A DNA stretch of 64,000 bases from Ferruginibacter sp. (GTDB lineage Bacteria; Bacteroidota; Bacteroidia; Chitinophagales; Chitinophagaceae). Location: positions 1,160 through 65,159 of the forward strand of contig JBAXET010000001.1 in NCBI GenBank assembly GCA_037140275.1, in the 5' to 3' direction. The translations under genes were made by a program, and so were the position numbers. The notes beneath the pieces were generated by a model that was not told the origin of the DNA, did no database searches, and saw only the letters and a program-made list of their open reading frames with translations. Positions 55,465-64,000 of the stretch are shown piece after piece. Position 1 is the first letter of the stretch. Each line of letters starts with the position of its first letter.

Positions 55465-57060
55465 TTATTTCTTTTCCTGTGATTTAAAATAAGCTACCAT
55501 TTTATTGTACATATCTTTTGAAATGACTTTATAATTTTTATCATTTACCACATTTACTTTTTCCAAAGGATCCTTTACATAATCATACATTTCAGTTGCA
55601 TACACTTTGTTTTCACTAAATGCGTCTTTCCCTGTAAAATCACTCATCCAGATTGTGTAACGATATTTATCGGTACGTAAACTGTACCCCATAATTTTAT
55701 TACTGGTATAGCCCAGTTTTTCCATTTCCTTTTTATTTAATTTTCTGGGGTATTGGCTTACTGAAAATTCTTTTACAGTTGCAGTATTATTTTTCATTAA
55801 TGGCACCAGCGATTTTCCTTCCAGTTGCGAAGGAACCGGCAACCCTGCCAATGCACAAACGGTTGGAAAAATATCAACATGTTCTGTTAATGAAGTGGTT
55901 TTGCCAGGTTTAAAATTAGGTGCTGCAAAAATCAATGGCGCCCTTGTAGCCTGTTCAAAATTGGTATGTTTTTCCCACAAATCATGATCACCTAAATGCC
56001 ATCCGTGATCACCCCACAATACAATTATCGTGTTTTTTAGAATGCCTAAAGAATCTAAAGTGTTCAATAAAATACCTACCTGTGCATCTGTATAAGATGT
56101 TGATGCAAAATAGCCCTGTATCAATTCCTGCTGTTTTTCTAACTTCAATCCAATACGAAGGGAATCAGGCGATAAGGTTGCAAATTCAGGAATATCAGGA
56201 TAATTTCTTAATTCGCCGGATTTATGATAGGCAATCAACGGACCATCTTTTGAATGTTCCTGGAAAGAAGCAATAGGCATATCTTCTCTCTTATACATAT
56301 CCCAATATTTTTTGGGAGCCACAAAAGGAAGGTGTGGCTTATGAAAACCAACAGCCATAAAAAATGGCTTTTTAGATTTTGAAAAATCTATTATTTGATC
56401 TCTTGATTTTAGTGCAATAACACCATCTTCATATGCATTGTCGGGCACATCAATACATTCGGTAGATGGCCCCTTAGTTGTAGTTGGACTTTCATCATCA
56501 TCATCTGTTTTTTCTTTTTTGATTTTTTCTTTATTTGCAAACAAGGCTTTTGTTTCAGGCTTTTGATATTGTTTATTAGCCGGCTTGCCCATTCCATTGG
56601 GATAGTCCTCCTCATTATCTACTAAATAAGGAGTATTCCATGATAGCGGATCTATCTTTTTAAGTGCACTGCTTGGATGAAATATTTTACCGGCACCACA
56701 AGTAACATATCCTTGAGTGATTAAATATTGAGGTAAGGTTACAATATCAGGATTCATATCCCGCATTTGCGTTTTTAAATCCCATATTTTAGTATAGTCC
56801 GGCCGCATTCCCGTCATCAGGCTTGCCCTGGTTGGACCGCATACTGCCTGTTGCACATAATTACTTAAAAACACTGTTCCCATTTTTGCCAACCTGTCAA
56901 TATTTGGAGTTTTAACTATTTTATTTCCATAACAGCCCAGTTCCGGTTTTAGATCATCAATAGCAATAAAAAGAATATTGGGCTTAGATGATTGTTGGGC
57001 AAAAGCATCAATGGCAAAAGTGAGCAATAAAGCACTAATGAGCCAGGTGAATTTTTTCAT
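55465..57060 (-). CDS. S1-family sulfatase, iduronate-2-sulfatase-like (S1_7-like), with an acidic/Lys-rich insertion
   Basis: KPNILFIAIDDLKPELGCYGN and QQAVCGPTRASLMTGMRPDYT. The insertion KEKIKKEKTDDDDESPTTTKGPSTE has no counterpart in the paralog at the equivalent position. Confidence 0.85.
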   Translation of the reverse strand: MKKFTWLISALLLTFAIDAFAQQSSKPNILFIAIDDLKPELGCYGNKIVKTPNIDRLAKMGTVFLSNYVQQAVCGPTRASLMTGMRPDYTKIWDLKTQMRDMNPDIVTLPQYLITQGYVTCGAGKIFHPSSALKKIDPLSWNTPYLVDNEEDYPNGMGKPANKQYQKPETKALFANKEKIKKEKTDDDDESPTTTKGPSTECIDVPDNAYEDGVIALKSRDQIIDFSKSKKPFFMAVGFHKPHLPFVAPKKYWDMYKREDMPIASFQEHSKDGPLIAYHKSGELRNYPDIPEFATLSPDSLRIGLKLEKQQELIQGYFASTSYTDAQVGILLNTLDSLGILKNTIIVLWGDHGWHLGDHDLWEKHTNFEQATRAPLIFAAPNFKPGKTTSLTEHVDIFPTVCALAGLPVPSQLEGKSLVPLMKNNTATVKEFSVSQYPRKLNKKEMEKLGYTSNKIMGYSLRTDKYRYTIWMSDFTGKDAFSENKVYATEMYDYVKDPLEKVNVVNDKNYKVISKDMYNKMVAYFKSQEKK

Positions 57061-57127
57061 TTTTATTTTTTTATACTTAATTAGACGATATAATTTTCTT
57101 AAACTGTTGATTTACTTTTTTAAAATT

Positions 57128-58303
57128 TTACTCCAGCCAAAGCAACGGATTTCTTACGGGCAGGTTTCTGATTACTTCTTCGTTAGATGGAAAATGATCC
57201 AATTTTTTCCATAGTGTCCACCACTTTTTAATATTATAACTGTTATACCCAAACAATAAAAAAGGTTGTGCTACCGGCCATTCGTTCCAAAACATAATAT
57301 CTGCCGGGAATGTCCATGTATTTTTTTTTTCAACAAAAGGATACATAAATTCTATGGCTGTCTTTAGACTTCGACTATCCTTAAAAGTTACATGCCAAAG
57401 ATCATTTTTTTTATTGGCTAACACTTGGCAAATTGTTGCCATTGCGTCAAGATTAAATAATGAATATCCGTAAGGCTTTGTTCTTTTCAGTTCCAGCGGA
57501 AAGCTGCCATCTTTCTCCATCTGATCAGGCAATAATACATTTGTAAATCTGTTTTGGCACATGTTAAGCAAGGGCTGATCATTTACCAGTTTTGCAAATA
57601 CAGCTACCTGCATAATCCAGCAGGTTGCATGATTATTTTTTGCATCCCGTTCTTCAATTCCGTAACGGTGTGTAGTAACCCAGTTTAAATACTGCGCAAA
57701 CCAGTTTTTAATTTTTTGCAGTTGGTCATTATCAATCACTTTAAATTTTTCAAGTACCATCACACTTTGGGCAACTTCTATCAACTGAATCATGTCAATT
57801 ATCCCAATACTTCTTCCAGTTACCTTTCCTTTTATAGCCTGTGCATATAATAAGGATGGGTTCATTATGGTAGCTGTATCAATAAACCAGGCTGTTAAAT
57901 GCCTTATAGCCTGATTTGCATAGCTGACTTTTTTGGTAATAATATATGCCGAAGTCAAAGACCCAATTATTTGGCTAAACCGTATCATTGCTTTACGGTG
58001 ATCAGTAAAATTTGCAGGATTAGTCAACCCATCTTTTTGAATATAGGGCCCATTCAAATCTTGAGGATTGGGCCACCAATAATCGCCTTCAGAAAAATAA
58101 TCATGAATGCCTCCTGCAGATCTTTCAGCGTGTACTGCAGTTACAGTAACAGGATGCTGTGATAATGCCCAATTAGCATTTTCAAGTACTTTATTTTTTA
58201 GAACTTTTATTACTTTATTTTTAATCGGGATACCGCTATACACATACTGATTACTGCAAACAAAAACCAGGACAATACAACATATCTTATTTAAGATTTT
58301 CAT
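57128..58303 (-). CDS. alginate-lyase-family (PL5-like) polysaccharide lyase, exported; paralog of 46295-47491
   Basis: YWWPNPQDLNGPYIQKDGLTNP, RDAKNNHATCW and ELKRTKPYGYSLF. Has a signal peptide. Confidence 0.7.
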   Translation of the reverse strand: MKILNKICCIVLVFVCSNQYVYSGIPIKNKVIKVLKNKVLENANWALSQHPVTVTAVHAERSAGGIHDYFSEGDYWWPNPQDLNGPYIQKDGLTNPANFTDHRKAMIRFSQIIGSLTSAYIITKKVSYANQAIRHLTAWFIDTATIMNPSLLYAQAIKGKVTGRSIGIIDMIQLIEVAQSVMVLEKFKVIDNDQLQKIKNWFAQYLNWVTTHRYGIEERDAKNNHATCWIMQVAVFAKLVNDQPLLNMCQNRFTNVLLPDQMEKDGSFPLELKRTKPYGYSLFNLDAMATICQVLANKKNDLWHVTFKDSRSLKTAIEFMYPFVEKKNTWTFPADIMFWNEWPVAQPFLLFGYNSYNIKKWWTLWKKLDHFPSNEEVIRNLPVRNPLLWLE

Positions 58304-59181
58304 TTCAGTGTTGCTATAAATTTCATGATCGCAATATCGATCTCCTTATTTTTTTCTTTATCAAATTTGCCATGTAATCCTCCCGGCACTGTAATGAATT
58401 CAGTTTTAACACCAAGCTGTTGTAATTTTTTATATAAGTCAACAGACTGTTGATACGGAACTGTTGGGTCTGCATCGCCATGTACAATAAAAATGGGCGG
58501 GCTATTTTTAGTTATATAATTTATTGGAGAAACAGATCTGGCAAATAAGGAGTCTTTTGCTTTATCGCCCATCCAGTTGGTGGCTGATTTACTCGTAATA
58601 TTTTTTCCATAAGCCCAGTCCCAAACATCAGTGATGCCATATTTGTCAATGATGGCTGCTACTTTTATATTCTCAACACCCGGGCAGTTAGTATCAAACC
58701 GGTGATCATTGGCAAGCAAACCGCCCATCAATGCCAAATGTCCTCCGGCACTGCCTCCCATTATAATAATTTTGTTTACATCTATATTTAATGAAGCTGC
58801 ATTTTTAATCAGATAGAGTAATGCGCAACGGGTATCTTCTATTGCTGCCGGTGCAGTTGCCTGGCCTGTTAATCTGTATTCGATATTAGCCACAGCAAAC
58901 CCGGCTTTAAAATAGGTATTAAATCCGCCCTGTGATTCTTTAACGCCATGATTCCAGCCTCCACCATGAATATTGATAATTATTGCAGCAGGTGCTGCAG
59001 TTTTTGGGGGAAGGTAAAGATCAACTTTACCTTCCCATCCATTAACTTTTGTGTACACCACATTTAATTGTGCAGTAAATTCCGTTGGAAAATTTACGGG
59101 TTTATATACACTGTCTGCATTTGTTTGCGCTAGCAAACTGGTAGGGATTAAAAAAAATAATATGGCTGTAACTATTTTCAT
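58300..59181 (-). CDS. alpha/beta-hydrolase esterase (HSL / carbohydrate-esterase-like), exported
   Basis: Oxyanion motif IHGGGWNHG and nucleophile elbow GGSAGGH. C-terminal HGDADPTVP...GGLHG. There is an ATGA overlap with the downstream lyase gene. Confidence 0.75.
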   Translation of the reverse strand: MKIVTAILFFLIPTSLLAQTNADSVYKPVNFPTEFTAQLNVVYTKVNGWEGKVDLYLPPKTAAPAAIIINIHGGGWNHGVKESQGGFNTYFKAGFAVANIEYRLTGQATAPAAIEDTRCALLYLIKNAASLNIDVNKIIIMGGSAGGHLALMGGLLANDHRFDTNCPGVENIKVAAIIDKYGITDVWDWAYGKNITSKSATNWMGDKAKDSLFARSVSPINYITKNSPPIFIVHGDADPTVPYQQSVDLYKKLQQLGVKTEFITVPGGLHGKFDKEKNKEIDIAIMKFIATLK

Positions 59182-59186
59182 CAGAT

Positions 59187-60797
59187 CTAGTACCCGGGAT
59201 TTTGTGGAATTATTAAATGCGTATTATTATCTATTTCACGCTGAGGAATAGGTAATAATAATTTATTGGCTGTTATATAACTCTGTAATGTTACTAAAGT
59301 TGGCACCGGACTTGGGTATTTACCATAATGATTGGTAAACATAAATGCAACATGATTTTTTAATCTTGTTACTGCATCTTCAGTTTGAGTTGGCATTGTG
59401 GTATTATATCTTACTAAATCAAAAAAGCGCATGTTTTCAAATGCAAATTCTAATTTCCTTTCTCTAGACAGTGAGTCTGCAAATCTTTGATCAGTTGGAA
59501 CAGTTATTAATGTTAAAGGAGTAGCACTCAGACCCGCCCTTGATCTTGTTTGGTTTATAAGATTTAGACTTGCCTGGGAATAACCTTGTGCTTCAGCCAG
59601 CATTAATACAACATCGGCAAACCTCATCACCACCCAATCATTTTCGCCATCATTCAATAATGTTACCGGCGTGATATGTTTTTTAGGATATAATCTTCTG
59701 CTGGTGCTGGTAATCGCTGTGGTTGCTGTTGGCCATATGCCAAGTGTTACCGCTTTACGGGTATCACCAGGCGCATATTGATTCTCCGTTTCGTATGCTC
59801 CATTATTAAATCCGCTGCCATCTCCATTAACTATAGCTGTACCGCTTAACTCAGGTGCAAATGCGTTTGGCCATGGAGAACCCAATCCAATACCACCAGC
59901 TTTATATCTAACAGCAAACATTATTTCTTTGTTCATTTCATTGCTCACAGAAAAAATATCTGCATAAGGGGTTAAACCAGCAGTTAATAAAGCGTAGCCA
60001 CTATTTGTAATTACATCATTTAATAATGGAATAGCATCCGACTTTCGGTTTAAGGTAAGATACACTTTAGCCAATAAAGCTTTTGCAGTCCATGCATTTA
60101 CTTTCCCCAAATTGTTGCCCGAATTTGAAGCAGCAAAGGCAGTATAATTTAACGATATCCCATTGTTAGCGGCGTATTGCAAATCAGCAATAATTAATTT
60201 ATAGATATCGTCAACTGAAGATCTGTTTATATTAACTGCACTTAATGCTTCAGCACCTTTAAATGGTTTATGTATTAAAAAAACACCTCCGTACAATCTC
60301 ACTAAATTAAAATAATGGTAGGCACGTAAAAAAGCAGCCTGTGCAGTAAGTTCCTTAAATTCATTATCGCTGATAGTAACCTTTGTTGTTCCTTTGCTTA
60401 GTGTACCTGCAGTTTCATCATAATTCAGTGCCAGTGCATCTAAAATTGTATTTACATTACGAATATTAGAATAATTAGCAGACCAATAAGTATACACAGC
60501 AGTTAATGATGTACTTGGTATATATTGATCCAAATCACTGAGTTCTCTGTTAGGCACTGATTTACTACCGGCATTACCCATAATGCCAATATCACTTCTT
60601 AACTCTGTCATTTTCCATTCATCAACTAATGTTGCTCTTAAACCGGCATAGCAGCCGTTTAATGCTATTTGAACATCAGAAGTAGTTTTAAAATAATCTT
60701 CCACTGCCACATTGTTGAGTGGCAGCCTGTCTATATTTTTTTTGCAAGAAGCCAGAAAGAGCATGCTTACAAAAAGAAATTTTATTAAATTTTTCAT
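59187..60797 (-). CDS. RagB/SusD-family outer-membrane lipoprotein
   Basis: Lipobox FLASCKKN. RAYHYFNLVRLYGGV, ERKLEFAFENMRFFDLVRY and a ...IIPQNPGY C-terminus. Confidence 0.85.
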   Translation of the reverse strand: MKNLIKFLFVSMLFLASCKKNIDRLPLNNVAVEDYFKTTSDVQIALNGCYAGLRATLVDEWKMTELRSDIGIMGNAGSKSVPNRELSDLDQYIPSTSLTAVYTYWSANYSNIRNVNTILDALALNYDETAGTLSKGTTKVTISDNEFKELTAQAAFLRAYHYFNLVRLYGGVFLIHKPFKGAEALSAVNINRSSVDDIYKLIIADLQYAANNGISLNYTAFAASNSGNNLGKVNAWTAKALLAKVYLTLNRKSDAIPLLNDVITNSGYALLTAGLTPYADIFSVSNEMNKEIMFAVRYKAGGIGLGSPWPNAFAPELSGTAIVNGDGSGFNNGAYETENQYAPGDTRKAVTLGIWPTATTAITSTSRRLYPKKHITPVTLLNDGENDWVVMRFADVVLMLAEAQGYSQASLNLINQTRSRAGLSATPLTLITVPTDQRFADSLSRERKLEFAFENMRFFDLVRYNTTMPTQTEDAVTRLKNHVAFMFTNHYGKYPSPVPTLVTLQSYITANKLLLPIPQREIDNNTHLIIPQNPGY

Positions 60798-60823
60798 TTT
60801 AAATGATTTTATTATTGAATGAA

Positions 60824-63800
60824 TTAAAAGTTTATGTCTAAGCCCGCAACTATTGTTCTTGGTATTGGAAAAGCACCACGCTGATATCCATCAATTAACA
60901 CAGAACTGTATGGCCCGCTCTGAAATCTTCCTTCCGGATTCAGCCCTCTGTAATTGGAGGCCATATGGAAATATAAATTTTGAGCAGATACATAAAATCT
61001 TAGTCCATTCAATCGCATTTTTTTAACCAGCGCTGCCTTAAGTGCATAACTTAAATTAACTTCTCTGATTGACCAATAAGATGCATCTTCAATAACATAG
61101 TCCGTCAGCATCCAGTTAAAACCTGTACCTCTTGAAACGGGTGTTTTACCATCGCCTGGGAACATGGCACTTACCCACCTGTTAGCATTGTAGGTTGTTA
61201 TAGTTCTTCCAGATTCATTATAATTAGGATCGCCATTAATCAATTTTCCACCATGACTTCCCTGTAAGAAAATGCTCAACTGAAATCCTTTGTAAGAAAC
61301 ATTGTTTGTAAATCCCCAAATAAAGTCCGGATTAGGATGTCCCAGAATTACCCTGTCATTATTATCAATTACATTATCACCATTGGTATCAACTAATTTT
61401 AAACCACCCGGAGTAAATACAGAAGACAAAGTAGAGGTTAAACCTTTTGCCTGTGCAGCAGTTATTTCTGCTTGCGATAACCATACGCCGTCAGTTTTAA
61501 AACCTAAATACTCTACTAAGGGTTTTCCAACCTGATTTCTGTACACTTCTGAACGTTCCCCCTGGTTTAACAGGTAGGCTTCGGTTCCCAGTTCAAGAAT
61601 TTTATTTTTGTTACGGGAAAGATTTGCTGAAGTTGTCCAGGCGAAATTTTTTGTTTTATAATTCGTACTATTAATATCCAATTCAAACCCCCTGTTTTGC
61701 AAACTTCCTAAATTATTCCAGTATTGCTGAACGCCTGTAAATGCCTGAACAGATTGCTGTAACAGTAATTTTTCGGTTTTTGACTGATAAATATCAAGTG
61801 AAATACCAATTTTATTTTTAAACAAAGAAACATCCACACCAAAGTTTGACTGAAATGTTCTTTCCCATGTAATGTCTGGATTGGCGATAATTGAAGTTGA
61901 AGTAATTAATCCGGGATTACTGCTGCCTGTTGCTGTTCCAAAGGGATAATTCAACCCATATAATAAATCCACCCAGGCATTTTCGATAATTCTGTTGTTA
62001 CCTGTAGCACCATAACTTCCTCTGATCTTAAGATTGCTCAGCCATTTTACATCATAAAGAAATTTTTCTTTACTGGCTACCCAACCTGCAGATACTGCTG
62101 GGAATGTGCCCCATTTATTACCTTGGCCAAAATAAGAACTTCCATCTGTTCTTAAACTGGAGGAGAATAAATATTTATTTTTAAAAGCATAAGTTATACG
62201 GCCTAAAAACGAATTAAGTCCTATTTCTGATTTAGTACCTGTTGATTTGCTTTTATCAATCTGAGAAGCACTGGATAAAGTTCTTATATCATCACTTGGA
62301 AAATCAAGTCCGGTAGTTTGCTCTCTGTTAACAGTAGTTCTTTCTGTAGTAACACCAAACAAAGCAGTGATGTCGTGATCTTTAATTGCCTTTACATAGT
62401 TAAGGGTGTTTTCAGATAATAAATAAATGTTAGAATTATTAGTAAAGGTTCCGGTATTAACTGTACCATCTGCATTATAGTTTCTTTCAAAAAAAGAAAG
62501 TCCTTTACTATAATATACATAGCCGCTGGCTAATGATTTAAAGTTTAAGCCCGGCGCTAGATTAATATTTAACTCTGCTGAAGACTGCAAGCGGTATTCG
62601 CTTGAATTAACATCAGACCTATCCACGTCTGACTTAGGATTTTGCTGGGCAGAGCCACCCGGAGATGCAGAAGCACTTGTCCAGGTTGTTCCATCAGGTA
62701 ACGTGCCGGTGTAAGCAAGGTTTGCAAATTGTCGTTGATGCGCATAGTCTCCTGCTTTTACATTTGCCTGCAACGGATTTGTTCTGGCTAATGCAGCTGT
62801 TGCTTCATTATGGTACACCGGAAGCCATCCCGGCATTCTCCAGAAGTTGGTGAAGTTCTGTGAGGGAGATTGCTTATTGGTATAAGAAGGATTCAGGTTA
62901 ATGGCAAGTTTTACCCTTTTGCTGATTTCTATATCTGTTTTAGCCCTCAAATTATATTTATTGTAAGTGCTTTTATACATCATCCCCTCGTCGCCCTGAT
63001 AGCCGCCTGAAATATAATATTTGGCAGTTTTGCTTCCGCCTGAAACACTCATATCTACATTTTGAAACATCCCGGGTCTTATGGTTTGTTTTTGCCAATC
63101 TGTACCCTGTCCATTTAATAATTGGGTTTCTATTACATACGATGACTTATCTCCATCTGTTATTGTATTGGTTGCCTGATTTACGGTACTATCCAATTTT
63201 TTATTTGCCATTTCATTAAATAACATCTGTACGTATTCAGCTGTAGACTGCACATCATAAAGTTTATATGCTGACTTCTGACCTATAGCATATTTAAAAT
63301 TGTACTTTGGTTTTTCAGAAACACCTTTTTTTGTAGTAACTAATATTACCCCACTTGAACCCCTTGAACCATATATAGCTGCTGATGCAGCATCTTTTAA
63401 AACCTCAATGGATTCTACATCACCCGGATTTATAAAAGCCAATCCATCAGGTGTTATCTGGCCATCCACAACAACCAAAGGCGAAGCTCCGGCATTGATA
63501 GAACCAACTCCCCTGATAGATATTCTTGGATCTGCACCTGCTTCAGACGATACATTTTGTATTTGCACGCCCGCAACTTTTCCTTGCAGTGCCTGATCTA
63601 ATCTGGAAACCGGAGCTTCATTAATTCTGTCATTTTTATACTTGGAAACTGCTCCGGATATATTTGATCTTTTCTGTGTACCATATCCGATAACCACAAC
63701 TTCTGATTGGGTAGTGGCTTCAGAAACCAAAGAAACATCAACAAAGGTTTTACCTTCTATAGAAATGGTTTGTGCAGCATATCCTACAAAGGAAAAAACT

Positions 63801-64000
63801 AATGATTTTACATTTGCTCCTACGGTTATGGAAAAAGTTCCATCCTGTTTGCTTGTTGTTCCTACTTTCTCCTTAGTGGTTACTATAGATACTCCAGCAA
63901 GAGGATTCCCGGTAGAAAGGTCTGTAACCTTGCCGGTGATTTGTTTTTTTTGAGCTGATGCAAACCCTGTCAATAAAAGGAAGGGTAACATCAATAGCAA
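60824..64000 (-). CDS. SusC/RagA-family TonB-linked outer-membrane transporter (5' end truncated by the window edge)
   Basis: The signal-peptide end ...LTGFASAQ is followed by ITGKVTDLSTGNPLAGVSI, VVVIGYGTQKRSNISGAVS, VAGVQIQN and GSRGSSGVILVTTKKG, and the C-terminus is ...LDINF. The M at 64000 in the ORF track is a TTG at the window edge, not a proven start. Confidence 0.85.
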   Translation of the reverse strand: MLLMLPFLLLTGFASAQKKQITGKVTDLSTGNPLAGVSIVTTKEKVGTTSKQDGTFSITVGANVKSLVFSFVGYAAQTISIEGKTFVDVSLVSEATTQSEVVVIGYGTQKRSNISGAVSKYKNDRINEAPVSRLDQALQGKVAGVQIQNVSSEAGADPRISIRGVGSINAGASPLVVVDGQITPDGLAFINPGDVESIEVLKDAASAAIYGSRGSSGVILVTTKKGVSEKPKYNFKYAIGQKSAYKLYDVQSTAEYVQMLFNEMANKKLDSTVNQATNTITDGDKSSYVIETQLLNGQGTDWQKQTIRPGMFQNVDMSVSGGSKTAKYYISGGYQGDEGMMYKSTYNKYNLRAKTDIEISKRVKLAINLNPSYTNKQSPSQNFTNFWRMPGWLPVYHNEATAALARTNPLQANVKAGDYAHQRQFANLAYTGTLPDGTTWTSASASPGGSAQQNPKSDVDRSDVNSSEYRLQSSAELNINLAPGLNFKSLASGYVYYSKGLSFFERNYNADGTVNTGTFTNNSNIYLLSENTLNYVKAIKDHDITALFGVTTERTTVNREQTTGLDFPSDDIRTLSSASQIDKSKSTGTKSEIGLNSFLGRITYAFKNKYLFSSSLRTDGSSYFGQGNKWGTFPAVSAGWVASKEKFLYDVKWLSNLKIRGSYGATGNNRIIENAWVDLLYGLNYPFGTATGSSNPGLITSTSIIANPDITWERTFQSNFGVDVSLFKNKIGISLDIYQSKTEKLLLQQSVQAFTGVQQYWNNLGSLQNRGFELDINSTNYKTKNFAWTTSANLSRNKNKILELGTEAYLLNQGERSEVYRNQVGKPLVEYLGFKTDGVWLSQAEITAAQAKGLTSTLSSVFTPGGLKLVDTNGDNVIDNNDRVILGHPNPDFIWGFTNNVSYKGFQLSIFLQGSHGGKLINGDPNYNESGRTITTYNANRWVSAMFPGDGKTPVSRGTGFNWMLTDYVIEDASYWSIREVNLSYALKAALVKKMRLNGLRFYVSAQNLYFHMASNYRGLNPEGRFQSGPYSSVLIDGYQRGAFPIPRTIVAGLDINF

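Noticed and set aside
63991-64000. Apparent start codon of the last SusC gene exactly at the window edge
   Set aside because: The first codon is TTG, shown as M by the ORF caller. The sequence there is already the middle of a signal peptide (LLLMLPFLLLTGFASAQ), so the real start lies beyond 64000. The gene is treated as truncated.
43347-64000. Calling the right-hand locus a plain alginate PUL
   Set aside because: The lyase families and KduI/KduD fit alginate. Four sulfatases plus a dedicated FGE do not, because alginate is not sulfated. The substrate is therefore left open.
1-64000. Mobile element, genomic island, defence system or CRISPR interpretation of the window
   Set aside because: I saw no integrase, transposase, recombinase, tRNA attachment site, flanking direct repeats, nuclease/ATPase/methylase-type ORFs or spaced short repeats. 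Composition looks uniform by eye throughout.

Overview
This looks like a chromosomal segment from an aerobic member of the Bacteroidota, possibly Chitinophagaceae or Sphingobacteriia-like. The evidence is AT-rich DNA, three SusC/SusD pairs, three further TonB-dependent receptors and many lipoprotein or SPI signal peptides. I found no rRNA, tRNA, CRISPR array, transposase, integrase or recognisable transcription factor, so it does not look like a mobile island. Gene order splits into two blocks.

(1) Positions 1 to about 43.1 kb are dominated by phosphorus acquisition and envelope remodelling. They hold:
- a truncated GDPD gene;
- a TonB receptor;
- a receptor / beta-helix lipoprotein / PepSY / purple-acid-phosphatase operon;
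- an LpxH-like metallophosphoesterase translationally coupled to a glycosyltransferase and followed by a GH1 beta-glucosidase, which resembles the PlcP/Agt lipid-renovation pair;
- an ArnT-like GT-C / GtrA / PAP2 trio;
- a roughly 27-kb locus with two tandem SusC/SusD pairs, a small TonB receptor, two paralogous YVTN beta-propeller-phosphoesterase fusions and two separate aminophosphonate catabolic gene sets. One set is AP-superfamily enzyme, PhnZ-like HD oxygenase, PhnX-like HAD, permease and TIGR03364-like FAD oxidoreductase. The other, divergently transcribed, is PhnX-like plus PhnW.

This last locus has no glycoside hydrolase. It is my best candidate for an undescribed system: a SusCD-type phosphonate or phosphonolipid utilisation locus.

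(2) Positions 43.3 to 64 kb form a 15-gene, single-strand polysaccharide utilisation locus (PUL). It has SusC (truncated at the window edge), SusD, an esterase, two PL5-like lyases, a PL6 lyase, four S1 sulfatases, an FGE, an exported Rid-family lipoprotein, KduD, KduI and a hexuronate-type MFS transporter. This points to a sulfated, possibly acetylated, polyuronate substrate.

Six intrinsic-terminator-like hairpins are visible directly in the sequence. All functional calls come from motif recognition by eye in the supplied translations. No database search was run.
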